DNA of 64,000 bases from positions 1 through 64,000 of the IMG/VR virus record IMGVR_UViG_3300047160_002519. One strand, written 5' to 3'. Below, one piece after another: positions 19,703 to 28,723 of the stretch. The stretch's first letter is position 1. Each line of letters opens with the position of its first letter. The notes under the pieces were generated by a model. That model had not been told where the DNA came from and made no database searches. It was given only the letters and a program-made list of their open reading frames with translations. The DNA comes from a virus. Made by a program: the position numbers and the translations under genes.

Positions 19703-19844
19703 TAGACTACCCCCGCCATGATGAGAATGGTGATGAGGCAGGCGACCAGCACGAAGAATGTCCCTATGCCGGGGAACGTCTTGTTCGCCATCACGGTCGA
19801 AGCCGCGATCCACACCCCAGCAACCGCTATCCCCGCTCCTATCG

Positions 19845-20327
19845 TCATCGCTTCATCCTTTTGGCAAATGGTCGAGACGGCCAGGAGCGCTTCCGCTTCG
19901 GCGGGGCTTCCCGCTTCTTCTTGATGCGCATGAGCGCGAGATCGGAGTGCTGACCGTGGTCACCCCGGACCCGCGTCTTGATGTCGTGCGAGCCCACATG
20001 CTGAGCGCCGTGCGGGCGGTAGAACAGGTAGCGGTGATCGTTGGCGTCGGGCTCGTAGATGGTGATCAGCCGACCCTTGACGAACTGCTCCGTCTTGTCG
20101 CGATTGCCGAGTGCCGGATCGTGGTCGAGGCGCAACTCCTCTACCCCGCAGTTGAGCGTGCCCGCGAGCATGCAAAGTTTCGTTTCAAGCAACACGCCGA
20201 GCCCGAGCTTGGAGCGGCGGTAGGCCCAATCGTCGATAACCTTGTCCGGCCATATCTCGCCCAACTGCGTGAGTACCACGTAGCAGCGGACACGAACCGG
20301 AATGTGCGGGCGGTACAGGCGGGTCAT
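19845..20327 (-). CDS. HNH-like nuclease
   Basis: LDHDPAL...DAND...H..KT followed by a basic tail. Confidence 0.55.
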   Translation of the reverse strand: MTRLYRPHIPVRVRCYVVLTQLGEIWPDKVIDDWAYRRSKLGLGVLLETKLCMLAGTLNCGVEELRLDHDPALGNRDKTEQFVKGRLITIYEPDANDHRYLFYRPHGAQHVGSHDIKTRVRGDHGQHSDLALMRIKKKREAPPKRKRSWPSRPFAKRMKR

Positions 20328-20797
20328 TCGTCGGCATCCATCTCGGCATAATCCAAATCGACGATGTCCCAATCCTGACAACAGGCGAACAGCGCGGCAT
20401 CGTGCTCTTGATCGTGGTATTGATGGCGGTCCTGCAAGTTGCATTCGAATCGGTCGAGAAGTTCTGCCTGTTTCTCCGGGCCACCCTTCGCGCCATAGCG
20501 AGCGACGGTGTCACGCCACGTCTCGCCCTCTTGCCGCTCCATACTGATCGTCATCGATATCTTGCGCAGTCCAAGATCGAGATCATTGTCGAAAAGAGCA
20601 AACCACGCGGTGTAGTGGCTTTCGAGGGGCTTACCATTCTTCCTGTTTTCTTCCACGCTCTTATCGTAGGACTGCATGACTTTCGCTTCGTCCAGACCAT
20701 GCAATTTAGCGACGCGCAGCGCAAAGTCGCGCCATGCCTCGCCCTCTTGCCGCTTGACATAGATGCTCAACATTTCTTCGCTCCCGAGCGTGTTCAT
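20324..20797 (-). CDS. Hypothetical protein with internal duplication
   Basis: Two RQEGExWRD units. Confidence 0.65.
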   Translation of the reverse strand: MNTLGSEEMLSIYVKRQEGEAWRDFALRVAKLHGLDEAKVMQSYDKSVEENRKNGKPLESHYTAWFALFDNDLDLGLRKISMTISMERQEGETWRDTVARYGAKGGPEKQAELLDRFECNLQDRHQYHDQEHDAALFACCQDWDIVDLDYAEMDADE

Positions 20798-21024
20798 TTC
20801 TTGCGCGCCTTCTTCTTCGGCTTGCGCTTCGGCGGCGCAAAGACCTCGACCTCGACCACCGCACGCGCGCGATCAAGCTCCTCCCGAATGATTTGGTCGA
20901 TCCTGATCTGCTTCAGCTTCTCCTCGATGTTGCTAATGACATCCTGTCGAGCTAACTCGCGCATAGCGCGCTCCTCGCGGAGCTTGCGGACCTGTTCCTC
21001 CTTCGGACCACGCTTGTCAGTCAT
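20794..21024 (-). CDS. Hypothetical charged protein
   Basis: Tiled in operon. Confidence 0.6.
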   Translation of the reverse strand: MTDKRGPKEEQVRKLREERAMRELARQDVISNIEEKLKQIRIDQIIREELDRARAVVEVEVFAPPKRKPKKKARKK

Positions 21025-21349
21025 GGTGAACCTCCTCGCGGTGCAGGAATTCCTGGGCGGCGATCTTCCAGAATGGCCAGGAGCCCATCAGCAACTCCGC
21101 GACCTCGCGCAAATTGCCGACCGCATAGGCCCCGACCGTCGTTTTCGCCTTGGCCGCATTGGCGATGGCTCGCTCCATGTGTTCGATGCGCTCGCTGCCG
21201 CGCTGCTTGTCGAAGGCGCGATAGTCGGAGGCGATCGATTTCAGGATCAAAAGGAACGTCTGATCGTTGGTCGCGCCGGTGCGCATATCGCGGTGGCTTT
21301 CGATCATCGCCTCGACGGCTTCGAGCTTGTCCTGATAGGTGTAATTCAT
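21017..21349 (-). CDS. Hypothetical protein
   Basis: MNYTYQDKLEA..., overlap-coupled. Confidence 0.6.
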   Translation of the reverse strand: MNYTYQDKLEAVEAMIESHRDMRTGATNDQTFLLILKSIASDYRAFDKQRGSERIEHMERAIANAAKAKTTVGAYAVGNLREVAELLMGSWPFWKIAAQEFLHREEVHHD

Positions 21350-21870
21350 GATGCTGTCCTTCCTGCGTGCTTCACCAGTTGCCCCCGAGTAGTTCGCGAC
21401 ATCGACGCGACTAGATCGAGCACGGCCCACTTCGATTCCTGAAACATCTGCTTCTTCATCGCGGCCATCGATTGCGACATCGCGGTGTAGGCGCGGACCA
21501 CGTTGTCGCGCACGACCAGCACCACATAGGGATCGAGGCGACGCAGCGTGGCCGCGAGCTTCTTCGCTTCCTGCGGCGACGACATCACGTAGTAGCTCTC
21601 ATCGTAGTAGCCGCACTGCACGAGCGCCCAATGGCGCAGGTGGTCGGCCGTTGGAAACTGCGCGGCGTTCTCCTCGGATAGGTTCTTCCAGCCCTCGGTC
21701 ACGGCCGCGAAGTAATGGTTGTGTGAGTTGCGATCGCGCTCCTCCACGACAGCCATGGGGTAGACTTCCCCCACGACGAACTCGCGATTGCAGTAGGCGT
21801 TGAAGGCGGGGTTCGGCTTGAACACCTCGCCATCCCACAACATGAACACGGTGCGCGGGCGGCGGCTCAT
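21346..21870 (-). CDS. NinB/DUF1367-like recombination accessory protein
   Basis: R...SHNHYFA...W.NL...LR..AL..CGY...SQS..AM.K..FQESK. Confidence 0.55.
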   Translation of the reverse strand: MSRRPRTVFMLWDGEVFKPNPAFNAYCNREFVVGEVYPMAVVEERDRNSHNHYFAAVTEGWKNLSEENAAQFPTADHLRHWALVQCGYYDESYYVMSSPQEAKKLAATLRRLDPYVVLVVRDNVVRAYTAMSQSMAAMKKQMFQESKWAVLDLVASMSRTTRGQLVKHAGRTAS

Positions 21871-22115
21871 TTGTTTTTCTCAGCATCAATGAGCTTTCCC
21901 TTCGGGAAAAAGCTTACTGGTTCATATTCGTTGAGACCATAGCGAGAAGCGAGCATCTGAACGCGGAGCCCGGTAAAAAGAGCATTAGCCATCTTAACTT
22001 TAGCGTTTACTTCATTGATCGTGCAGCGATGATGATCAAAATCATCCCATAGGATCGCTAACTTCAGGAGTACATCTTCGCTGTTTTGTATGAACGTCGT
22101 GAGCTTCTTTGACAT
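21867..22115 (-). CDS. Hypothetical protein (lower-GC insert)
   Basis: MSKKLTTFIQNSED..., AT-richer codons. Confidence 0.5.
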   Translation of the reverse strand: MSKKLTTFIQNSEDVLLKLAILWDDFDHHRCTINEVNAKVKMANALFTGLRVQMLASRYGLNEYEPVSFFPKGKLIDAEKNK

Positions 22116-22603
22116 TTGATCGCTTCCCTTATTTTCTCGATGATGGTTTCGCATTGGTCTAGTTTTCTGAGGCAACACCGAAGTTTGTTCCAGCATGAAA
22201 GGCAATACAGTGGATCGTGGCCACCTTTGGTGTTGGCGTAATATTCACACGCATCCGCAAAGACGTCGACAAAATCGCTTTCCCTCCTTCGCCTCGGCAA
22301 TTCTGGATGATGGTGGTTGATTATCCCTGGGCCGCCCGGTCGTCCGCATCCGTCGCATTGGCGAAGTCTGCTTGATGGATAACGAATCTCGATCGGAGGC
22401 CCTATGGGATAGTAGTCTGCATTAAGCCAGTACCCGGGCTTGACGAAGCTATGCCCGATGACTGCGCCTATATCGTCGCGCAACCATCTTTCCCGGAGCG
22501 AGAACCATTTTTCACATTTTTGTTTCTTCCGCTCGATCAGACGTCGCGCGCCTCCATAGTAGGTCCAATGAAAGCGAGCTTCGGTGCGCGGGCGACGGCT
22601 CAT
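22064..22603 (-). CDS. Zn-binding hypothetical protein (lower-GC insert)
   Basis: CDGC and CLSC pairs. Confidence 0.5.
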   Translation of the reverse strand: MSRRPRTEARFHWTYYGGARRLIERKKQKCEKWFSLRERWLRDDIGAVIGHSFVKPGYWLNADYYPIGPPIEIRYPSSRLRQCDGCGRPGGPGIINHHHPELPRRRRESDFVDVFADACEYYANTKGGHDPLYCLSCWNKLRCCLRKLDQCETIIEKIREAIKCQRSSRRSYKTAKMYS

Positions 22604-22902
22604 AGATCGACCTGCGGGAGCGCGCTGATCGATCGACAAAATACGGCATCGAGCACTTTGCGATCGATGTCCTCGACGTGCTCGGTGCGGCCGGTCTTAT
22701 CGATGTGGATCGCGATTTTCATGTTCGATCCGCCCTTGGAAGAGAGATAGCCTATGCGCTTGCCATCGAGCCTCACCTGCACGGCATAGCGATCGAAGCG
22801 ATTGTCCGGCTCACGCACGAGCAGCACCGGCGTGCCAGGAAGCACGCCTTCGTTGTAGTTCGTTTCGCCGCAATGTCTCTGACCAACGATCGAATATCTC
22901 AT
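22600..22902 (-). CDS. HIRAN domain protein
   Basis: L.REPDN.FD.YAV.V...G..IGYL. Confidence 0.85.
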   Translation of the reverse strand: MRYSIVGQRHCGETNYNEGVLPGTPVLLVREPDNRFDRYAVQVRLDGKRIGYLSSKGGSNMKIAIHIDKTGRTEHVEDIDRKVLDAVFCRSISALPQVDL

Positions 22903-23078
22903 TTGCGCGCCTCCATCATCTGATCGGCCAGGGCGTAGGCATGGAGGGCGATCCCCTTCTTGAAGTCGACCTTATGCGCGACGGCGAAATCGTCGAAGCC
23001 TTCCACCCACGCGCTGCTCGACATCAAAGCGATCAGCGCAACCATGGCGAACTGATCGCGTAAGTTCTCTTCACTCAT
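22899..23078 (-). CDS. Small conserved phage protein
   Basis: LRDQFAM.AL...AY.LAD.MM.AR. Confidence 0.65.
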   Translation of the reverse strand: MSEENLRDQFAMVALIALMSSSAWVEGFDDFAVAHKVDFKKGIALHAYALADQMMEARK

Positions 23079-23812
23079 CCCATCCTCCTGATTTTCTCGA
23101 CAAGCTGGTGCAGTTCGAAGTCGAACACTTCGACAGCATTGGATAACGTCCGAATGTAGGTCTCGTCCCGCCGCACGGTGAACCTCGGCGTGATCGGGAA
23201 GCCGGTGTAGAACAGCATCACGTCCACGGCGACGAGATCGCCCACCCACATCGTGCCCTGGACCTGCGCGCGGTGCTCGGACGGCATGCCGGCCCCGCGT
23301 TCCAGCCGCTCGATGATCAGGTCCGGCTGCATGGTCTTGATTTCGAGGGCCTTGTCCTTGTCGACCAGCCCGTCCGGCGAGGACCCGACCCAGCGACCCG
23401 TGGGCAGCTTGCGACGGATGAAACTGATGCGGCGCATCGGGCTGAAGGTCCGAGTGGCATAGTGCTCGAAGGCCTCGTCCTCCATGGTTTTCCCGCGCTG
23501 CATCGCAGCGGTGACGATCTTTCCCTCGGCTGGGCGGCCGGTCAGGATTTCACCAGCGAGCGAACGCATGTACTTTGGACGCTGCACCGACTCCCCACCA
23601 TCGACACCCTGCGCCAGGACGATATGGAAGTTTGAAGCAGTCGGGATGCCGAGCCGCAGATCGAACCACTCCTGGCTGCCCTGCGGAGCCGCGTCCCATT
23701 CGATGATCTCGATCTCGGGCCGAGCGTCAACCGGCTTCCCATTGTCGCTCTCGTCGAACGTTTGCGGAGTGCGCCGATCGTCGAACGTTTGCGGAGTGCG
23801 CCGACCTCTCAT
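23075..23812 (-). CDS. YqaJ/lambda-exonuclease family protein
   Basis: QGS.EW...RLG.PTAS, AMQRG..ME, G.SPDGL...LEIK, QVQG.MW. Confidence 0.92.
   Translation of the reverse strand: MRGRRTPQTFDDRRTPQTFDESDNGKPVDARPEIEIIEWDAAPQGSQEWFDLRLGIPTASNFHIVLAQGVDGGESVQRPKYMRSLAGEILTGRPAEGKIVTAAMQRGKTMEDEAFEHYATRTFSPMRRISFIRRKLPTGRWVGSSPDGLVDKDKALEIKTMQPDLIIERLERGAGMPSEHRAQVQGTMWVGDLVAVDVMLFYTGFPITPRFTVRRDETYIRTLSNAVEVFDFELHQLVEKIRRMG
23751..23804. repeat. Perfect 27-bp tandem duplication
   Basis: TCGTCGAACGTTTGCGGAGTGCGCCGA x2. Confidence 0.95.
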
Positions 23813-24669
23813 GTCCCCTCCTTCGCATGAGCGAGCTTGTAGTTGGCACACGATGTGAGCGTGGCTTCGAGCAGCGACGCGGGCAGGTCCTTCAGGTTCT
23901 TGATGCGGTACTTCTTGAGGACTTGGTCCTGGGTGACCCCGCAATCGGCAATGGCCTCAACGAGCTTCGCGAACCCTTCCGCGTCGATCGAGGGCTCGCG
24001 GTTGAAGGGAATGTCGCCTGGGAAATCCCCACCGACAGACCCTGGAGCCGGGCCGACACGCGCGCCATCACGATCTTGATCCATGGGAGCCTCACTGACG
24101 ATATCGAGCAGCATGATGAGATTGTAGCGCTTGCCGTAGGATGCGCCGGAGCCGAAGCCCTGCTGGTTGTTCTTCTTGCCCGTGACATCCACCATTAGCG
24201 GGAAGCGCGAGACCATCGCGTGCCCACCGACGTGCGTGAGATAGCCGACGACGTCCGCCTTCACGCCATCGAGCGAGGGCTCGATGACGTTGTTGAAAGT
24301 GAAGCCGTTCTGCTTCAAGCGCGGCCGACAGACGCCCATCAGATTCGGGTAGGTCGAGTAGCTGGTTTTGAGCTTCTTATTACCCTTCGCCGTGAGGCCG
24401 TCGCCATGGTCGATGAAGCCATCGCGGGTGATGACCGGCAGAGAGGACTGCAACTCATTGAAGGCGCGCGTGAACGCCATGCGCGCCTCGTCCTTCGCGA
24501 TCGAGCGCTGCATGTCGAGCAGCGCCCGCATCTTCTCGGGATCACACTTCGGGTTGATGCTCGCCCGAAAGATCACTTCTATCATCGACTTCGGCGGCGG
24601 CTGTGGCTTCGGCCGGAACGGCACGATCTCCGCACTCTTGCGAGACGTCGTCAGGGACTTTTTCGGCAT
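23809..24669 (-). CDS. erf: ERF-family single-strand annealing protein
   Basis: L.H..GH, Q.FGS..SYGKRY.L...L.I...D.DG. Confidence 0.9.
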   Translation of the reverse strand: MPKKSLTTSRKSAEIVPFRPKPQPPPKSMIEVIFRASINPKCDPEKMRALLDMQRSIAKDEARMAFTRAFNELQSSLPVITRDGFIDHGDGLTAKGNKKLKTSYSTYPNLMGVCRPRLKQNGFTFNNVIEPSLDGVKADVVGYLTHVGGHAMVSRFPLMVDVTGKKNNQQGFGSGASYGKRYNLIMLLDIVSEAPMDQDRDGARVGPAPGSVGGDFPGDIPFNREPSIDAEGFAKLVEAIADCGVTQDQVLKKYRIKNLKDLPASLLEATLTSCANYKLAHAKEGT

Positions 24670-24835
24670 GGAAACCTCCTGCTTCGCGCATGGCCAGATA
24701 TTCGAGCCTAATATCGTCCAACAGCGCGCAGAACCGCTCGATGCCCATCGCGCGCATCATTGATTTGACGATCTCCTCGGCGGTGCCTTTCGGCACCACC
24801 ATCATGAACGTGAGATGTTCTTTCTCTTCGGACAT
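24542..24835 (-). CDS. Hypothetical protein
   Basis: Starts right after upstream stop, but overlaps erf by 128 nt. Confidence 0.4.
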   Translation of the reverse strand: MSEEKEHLTFMMVVPKGTAEEIVKSMMRAMGIERFCALLDDIRLEYLAMREAGGFHAEKVPDDVSQECGDRAVPAEATAAAEVDDRSDLSGEHQPEV

Positions 24836-25720
24836 TCAGCGCACCCTCGACTTCGCACGCTTGCCGAACGTTGCGCCCTTGATCTGCACGGTCTTGTCCG
24901 AGGAGAACCCGACCGAACGGGCGTAGCCGTAGAGCGCCTGTTGCAACGCAGCCAAAGTCAGATACGGCCGCAGCTTCTCCAGATCGATCACCTTCGGGTC
25001 GGTCACTTCGTAGAAGTTTTCCTGCTCCCGGGTGCCGAGCGTGCCCGTCGAGGTGCGGGTGCGCATGCTCGCGGCGGGCGTGCGGAGCGTCTCGATGCGG
25101 GCTTCGACAGCCCGGGCACTGGTCACCTCCACCTCGACGTTGGCCTTTGCCTGGGCTTCTCTGGCCTCCTGGGCGGCCTTCTCGGCGGCAGCCCTGGTTG
25201 CCTCGGTTCGCGCGCGGGAGGCCTTTAGCTCGGCTTCCTTGCGCTCCTGCTCGGCCTTCGCGGCGGCGGCCTCGGCTTCCTCCTTCTTCTTCCGTGCCTC
25301 CTCCTCGACGAGCCGCGCCTTCTCCTTGATCTCGGCCTCGATCCGATCATCGTATTCGGTGATCAGCCGGTTGATACGATCGGCGTGCCCTTCCTTGTTC
25401 TTCTTGTCGCGCCGCGAGAGCAGATCGATCTTGGCGAAGAAGAACTGATCCGCTGCCTGCGCGCGTCGCATGTGCGGCATCTTCTCAAGCGCGTGGAGGC
25501 CGTCCGAGCGCTTGGCCTCATCGCGGAACCGCTTCACGAGGTTCATGCCGGTTGCCTTGGTGTCGGCGTCAATCACCTCGGTGAAAAGCTTGCCCTCGGC
25601 GTCGAGCTTCTCGACTTCCTCGGTGAGCCACGCATATTCGGCATCGAGCCGCTCGGACTCGATCGCGGCAAAATCGATGTTGGTGAGATTGTCGCCCATG
25701 CCGGGCGTTTCGTCAGTCAC
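24836..25720 (-). CDS. Coiled-coil protein of the recombination operon
   Basis: RBS GGAG, GTG start; E/A/K/R-rich coiled coil, C-terminal I.GA.F. Confidence 0.7.
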   Translation of the reverse strand: MTDETPGMGDNLTNIDFAAIESERLDAEYAWLTEEVEKLDAEGKLFTEVIDADTKATGMNLVKRFRDEAKRSDGLHALEKMPHMRRAQAADQFFFAKIDLLSRRDKKNKEGHADRINRLITEYDDRIEAEIKEKARLVEEEARKKKEEAEAAAAKAEQERKEAELKASRARTEATRAAAEKAAQEAREAQAKANVEVEVTSARAVEARIETLRTPAASMRTRTSTGTLGTREQENFYEVTDPKVIDLEKLRPYLTLAALQQALYGYARSVGFSSDKTVQIKGATFGKRAKSRVR

Positions 25721-25770
25721 GATGTTGACTCCAAAAGTTTGATTGCCAGGATAATCGCGCAGATTGCGTC

Positions 25771-26286
25771 TCACTTCTTGCCCCCCTTCGGCTTGCGGGC
25801 GGGCTTGACCACCTTCTGGACCTTCTTGCTGTTGGCGGCCATCACGTCGAACTTCGGCTCCGGCTCCCCGATCCAATCCCCGAAGTCGAACGTGCGCTCG
25901 ACGGGAGCCTGGGAATGCCAGGACGGCACCGGACCTGACTGCGAGCGCAGCTTCTTGTAGCCGGAATACGGCCCGGGCTTCTGCATGTCCGCCGTGGCGT
26001 TCCAAATGCGCAGGTAGCAGTGGTGCAGATCGTGATCTTTCACGGAGTCCTTGAAGTTGCCATAGGTGATGCCGAACAACTCGCGGCGCATCACGTCGGC
26101 AACGATCGCCTGCCCGATCCGGGCGCGGTAGAGGTAGTCCGCGAATTCGTCGCGTTCGACCTTCACGTCGCGACCGAATACCTTCTCGATGTCGCCTTCG
26201 CGGCGGGCGCGGACCAGCAACTGGTCGGGATCGGTGCAATCCTTGCGGACGATGGAGAAGAACGCGTCATTGAGGCAAATCCACAT
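25771..26286 (-). CDS. Conserved phage hypothetical protein
   Basis: MWI...AFFSIV...L.VRAR..GD...ADY.YRA...I.Y.NFKDSV. Confidence 0.7.
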   Translation of the reverse strand: MWICLNDAFFSIVRKDCTDPDQLLVRARREGDIEKVFGRDVKVERDEFADYLYRARIGQAIVADVMRRELFGITYGNFKDSVKDHDLHHCYLRIWNATADMQKPGPYSGYKKLRSQSGPVPSWHSQAPVERTFDFGDWIGEPEPKFDVMAANSKKVQKVVKPARKPKGGKK

Positions 26287-26380
26287 GAGATAGAACCCTT
26301 TCAGTGAGTGAGAAGAACAAGAACCCCGATGCCCAGGGCGAGTGAGAGTAGGTAGAGCATTCCGAACCGAACTTCGGTCA

Positions 26381-26659
26381 TTAGCCTCCTTTGGATTGGC
26401 ACACCGACAGCCGGTGGCGAACCGGGTAGCCCCGGCGATCGTCCTCTTGCTGCAGGCGCTGGGTGATGAGGCGGATCGCCGCCTCGGCATGGGGACGGGT
26501 CTTGAACACGAACCCGTCGTAGTAGCTGTCCGACCATGACACGCCATTGCCATAGACGGTCAGGAAGTAGTTGCCGCCATCGGCGTGCTCCATCTTGATG
26601 CGGAACTCGGGCGGCGGATCCTCCCGGAAGTTCATGGTGACTTTGACTTCGAGCTTCAT
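26381..26659 (-). CDS. Hypothetical protein
   Basis: RBS GGGAG; MKLEVKVTMNF... Confidence 0.55.
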   Translation of the reverse strand: MKLEVKVTMNFREDPPPEFRIKMEHADGGNYFLTVYGNGVSWSDSYYDGFVFKTRPHAEAAIRLITQRLQQEDDRRGYPVRHRLSVCQSKGG

Positions 26660-26765
26660 AGGGCGACTCCCCCGAACATGAGCGAACCGAAATCCAGATG
26701 CGCCGCGTGCAGCGCCACCGACAGCGCGAGCTTCAGCCCGAACCGCCGAACGAAATAGAACAACA

Positions 26766-26993
26766 TCACTTCCCCCAGATGCGAATGAGAGTGTCGGAAA
26801 GGTTCTCGCCCGGCTTCGCCAGCGTTTGCAGTTGATCGAGACCGCAGCGGGAAATGCCAATGTCGATCTTGCCATCGGGGCGATTCAGAGCGACGCCACC
26901 GAATAGCCTCGAAGCTGGCTTGAGGCGGACCACCAAATTGAACGCGTGGGCGGAAAGCGTGAGGCGGTAGAGACTTGGCTTTGCGAGCTTCAT
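26766..26993 (-). CDS. First gene of leftward operon; paralog of 34388..34618
   Basis: C-terminal GENLSDTLIR. Confidence 0.55.
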   Translation of the reverse strand: MKLAKPSLYRLTLSAHAFNLVVRLKPASRLFGGVALNRPDGKIDIGISRCGLDQLQTLAKPGENLSDTLIRIWGK

Positions 26994-27048
26994 TTTAGAC
27001 CCCTAACGGCGGGGCCTCGATTCGCCCCCGGCGCACCACAAGCTATGA

Positions 27049-27062
27049 GGGATGATTGTCCC
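27049..27062. promoter_or_regulatory. GGGA-N6-TCCC operator-like palindrome in the divergent control region
   Basis: GGGATGATTGTCCC; related copies at 27443, 36052, 36645, 42336, 43362, 50280, 62511. Confidence 0.55.
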
Positions 27063-27158
27063 CGAGACAAGTTCTATTTCAGCGGGTGAGAAAAAATGTT
27101 TGGAGGCGTGGCCGACACCCCCTTGTGCGGCGCGGGATACCGATGATATGAGTTCCAA

Positions 27159-27410
27159 ATGTTCGAAATCCTCATCCGCCAGAATCTCAACGCGCTGGTC
27201 GCGGCCTACCGGAAGGCCACGGGCAAGAGTCTTACGTCCATCTCCAAGGAGTTCTATGGACGCGGCGATTTCTTGCGCGAGTTTCAGGCGGGCCGCCACA
27301 CCATTAGCGTCGATCGCCTGGGCGCGATGATCCGGCAGTTTGAGGAGCGCTGGCCGGACGGCGAGAAGATGCCCGTGCTGCGCCCGATCTTCATGGTCCG
27401 CCGGAAATAA
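27159..27410 (+). CDS. Cro-like small DNA-binding regulator
   Basis: First rightward gene of the divergent switch; AY..A.G.SL..IS...G.G.F...AG...WP. Confidence 0.65.
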   Translation: MFEILIRQNLNALVAAYRKATGKSLTSISKEFYGRGDFLREFQAGRHTISVDRLGAMIRQFEERWPDGEKMPVLRPIFMVRRK

Positions 27411-27544
27411 CCGGAGCTACCCTCCTACGCCTAATAGGCCTGGGGAAAACTATCCCCTAGCCCCACTTATCCTATGTTATTTTTACACGGGGAAAAGTGC
27501 CGGTACCACTTCCGGGAATCAGAGCGGCGTGCAAGGAAGCGGCC

Positions 27545-27745
27545 ATGATGCAACCCACCGACAATCCCCTGGACGAAATCGAGGAGATCGAATTGGTCCC
27601 CTTGGCGCTCCCGCTTGACCCGGCTACGGTCGAGTGGCTGCGCAAAATATCGAAAGGCAACGATATTGAGGCAGCGGAGATCGTCGCCTCCATCATCCGC
27701 GCGATCCGGGAGGACGATGAGGAAACCCAAACCACTCTGCATTGA
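27545..27745 (+). CDS. Hypothetical acidic protein
   Basis: MMQPTDNPLDEIEE... Confidence 0.5.
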   Translation: MMQPTDNPLDEIEEIELVPLALPLDPATVEWLRKISKGNDIEAAEIVASIIRAIREDDEETQTTLH

Positions 27746-27754
27746 GGAGCGATC

Positions 27755-28120
27755 ATGGCGCGAAAGAAAACCACCGAGGAAACCGAGCAGCCGCAAGAGA
27801 CAGTAGTAAAGCTGATCTCGGCACCGAAGTTGAAGTCCATTCTGTCCAGCACACAGAAGGCCAAGGAAGATATCGCGGAGATAACCGGACCCCTGGGCGA
27901 GGAAATCAAGAGCGCGATCGAGAAGCACCACCTGCACCGCAAGGCCTTCAACGCGATCAAGTCGATCTACAATGCGCCCCCGGAGAAGCTGCGGGAGTTC
28001 AAGGACCACTTCGACTACTACTGGGAGGCCTCGGGCCTCGAAAAGAAAGCCAACTCGGCACCGCGTCTCCCGATGGGGGCCGAGGAAGATGAAAGCAACG
28101 TCACGCAACTGCATGGCTGA
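27755..28120 (+). CDS. GapR/DUF2312-like DNA-binding protein
   Basis: Helical LKS...EIK.A.EK..L..KAF..I...D.Y..A.GL architecture. Confidence 0.45.
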   Translation: MARKKTTEETEQPQETVVKLISAPKLKSILSSTQKAKEDIAEITGPLGEEIKSAIEKHHLHRKAFNAIKSIYNAPPEKLREFKDHFDYYWEASGLEKKANSAPRLPMGAEEDESNVTQLHG

Positions 28121-28679
28121 ACCGGACAGCGCGGTCATCCGTGTTGTCCTGATCGGAGAGCCGAAGGGCAAGGATCGGCCGCGCTTCCGGATCGTCAAGC
28201 CGAAGTGCAAGCAATGCGCTGGCAGAGGCTGCTATAATTGCAGGGGTACCGGGCGAGGCCCGGAGTTCGTCAGCGTCTACACCACCAAAGAAACCCAGCA
28301 ATACGAGGCCGCGCTGAAGCTCGCGGCCAACGTCGCCATGCGGCGGCGAGCGCCGCTCGAAGGCCCGCTGCGCTGCATCGCTACCGCGATCATCGAAGTG
28401 CCGCAGTCTTGGTCGGGCAAGAAAAAGAGGGATGCGCTGCACGGCATGATCCGGCCGACAGTTGCGCCCGACTGGGACAACTACGCGAAAATCCTCGACG
28501 CCTTCAACGGCACGGTCTGGATCGACGACAAGCAAGTCGTCGAGGGAGGCGTAATGAAGTGGTACGGCACCACCCCGCGCTTCGAGATCGAGGTAGCGGA
28601 AATCAAGCCCTTGGGGCTCTTTTCCACGGAACACACAAGCCTCGCAGAGCGGCTGGACTGTCCTCCCGCGACGCGGTAA
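28113..28679 (+). CDS. rusA: RusA-family Holliday junction resolvase with Zn-finger insertion
   Basis: GEP.GK.RPR, PD.DNY.K..DA.NG..W.DD.QVV. Confidence 0.88.
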   Translation: MAEPDSAVIRVVLIGEPKGKDRPRFRIVKPKCKQCAGRGCYNCRGTGRGPEFVSVYTTKETQQYEAALKLAANVAMRRRAPLEGPLRCIATAIIEVPQSWSGKKKRDALHGMIRPTVAPDWDNYAKILDAFNGTVWIDDKQVVEGGVMKWYGTTPRFEIEVAEIKPLGLFSTEHTSLAERLDCPPATR

Positions 28680-28723
28680 GCCGAATCTTGGGGCTACCCC
28701 GATTCGGGGAAGATCGTCTCTTC

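Noticed and set aside
20402-21442. 346-aa plus-strand ORF
   Set aside because: Shadow of tightly coupled minus-strand genes
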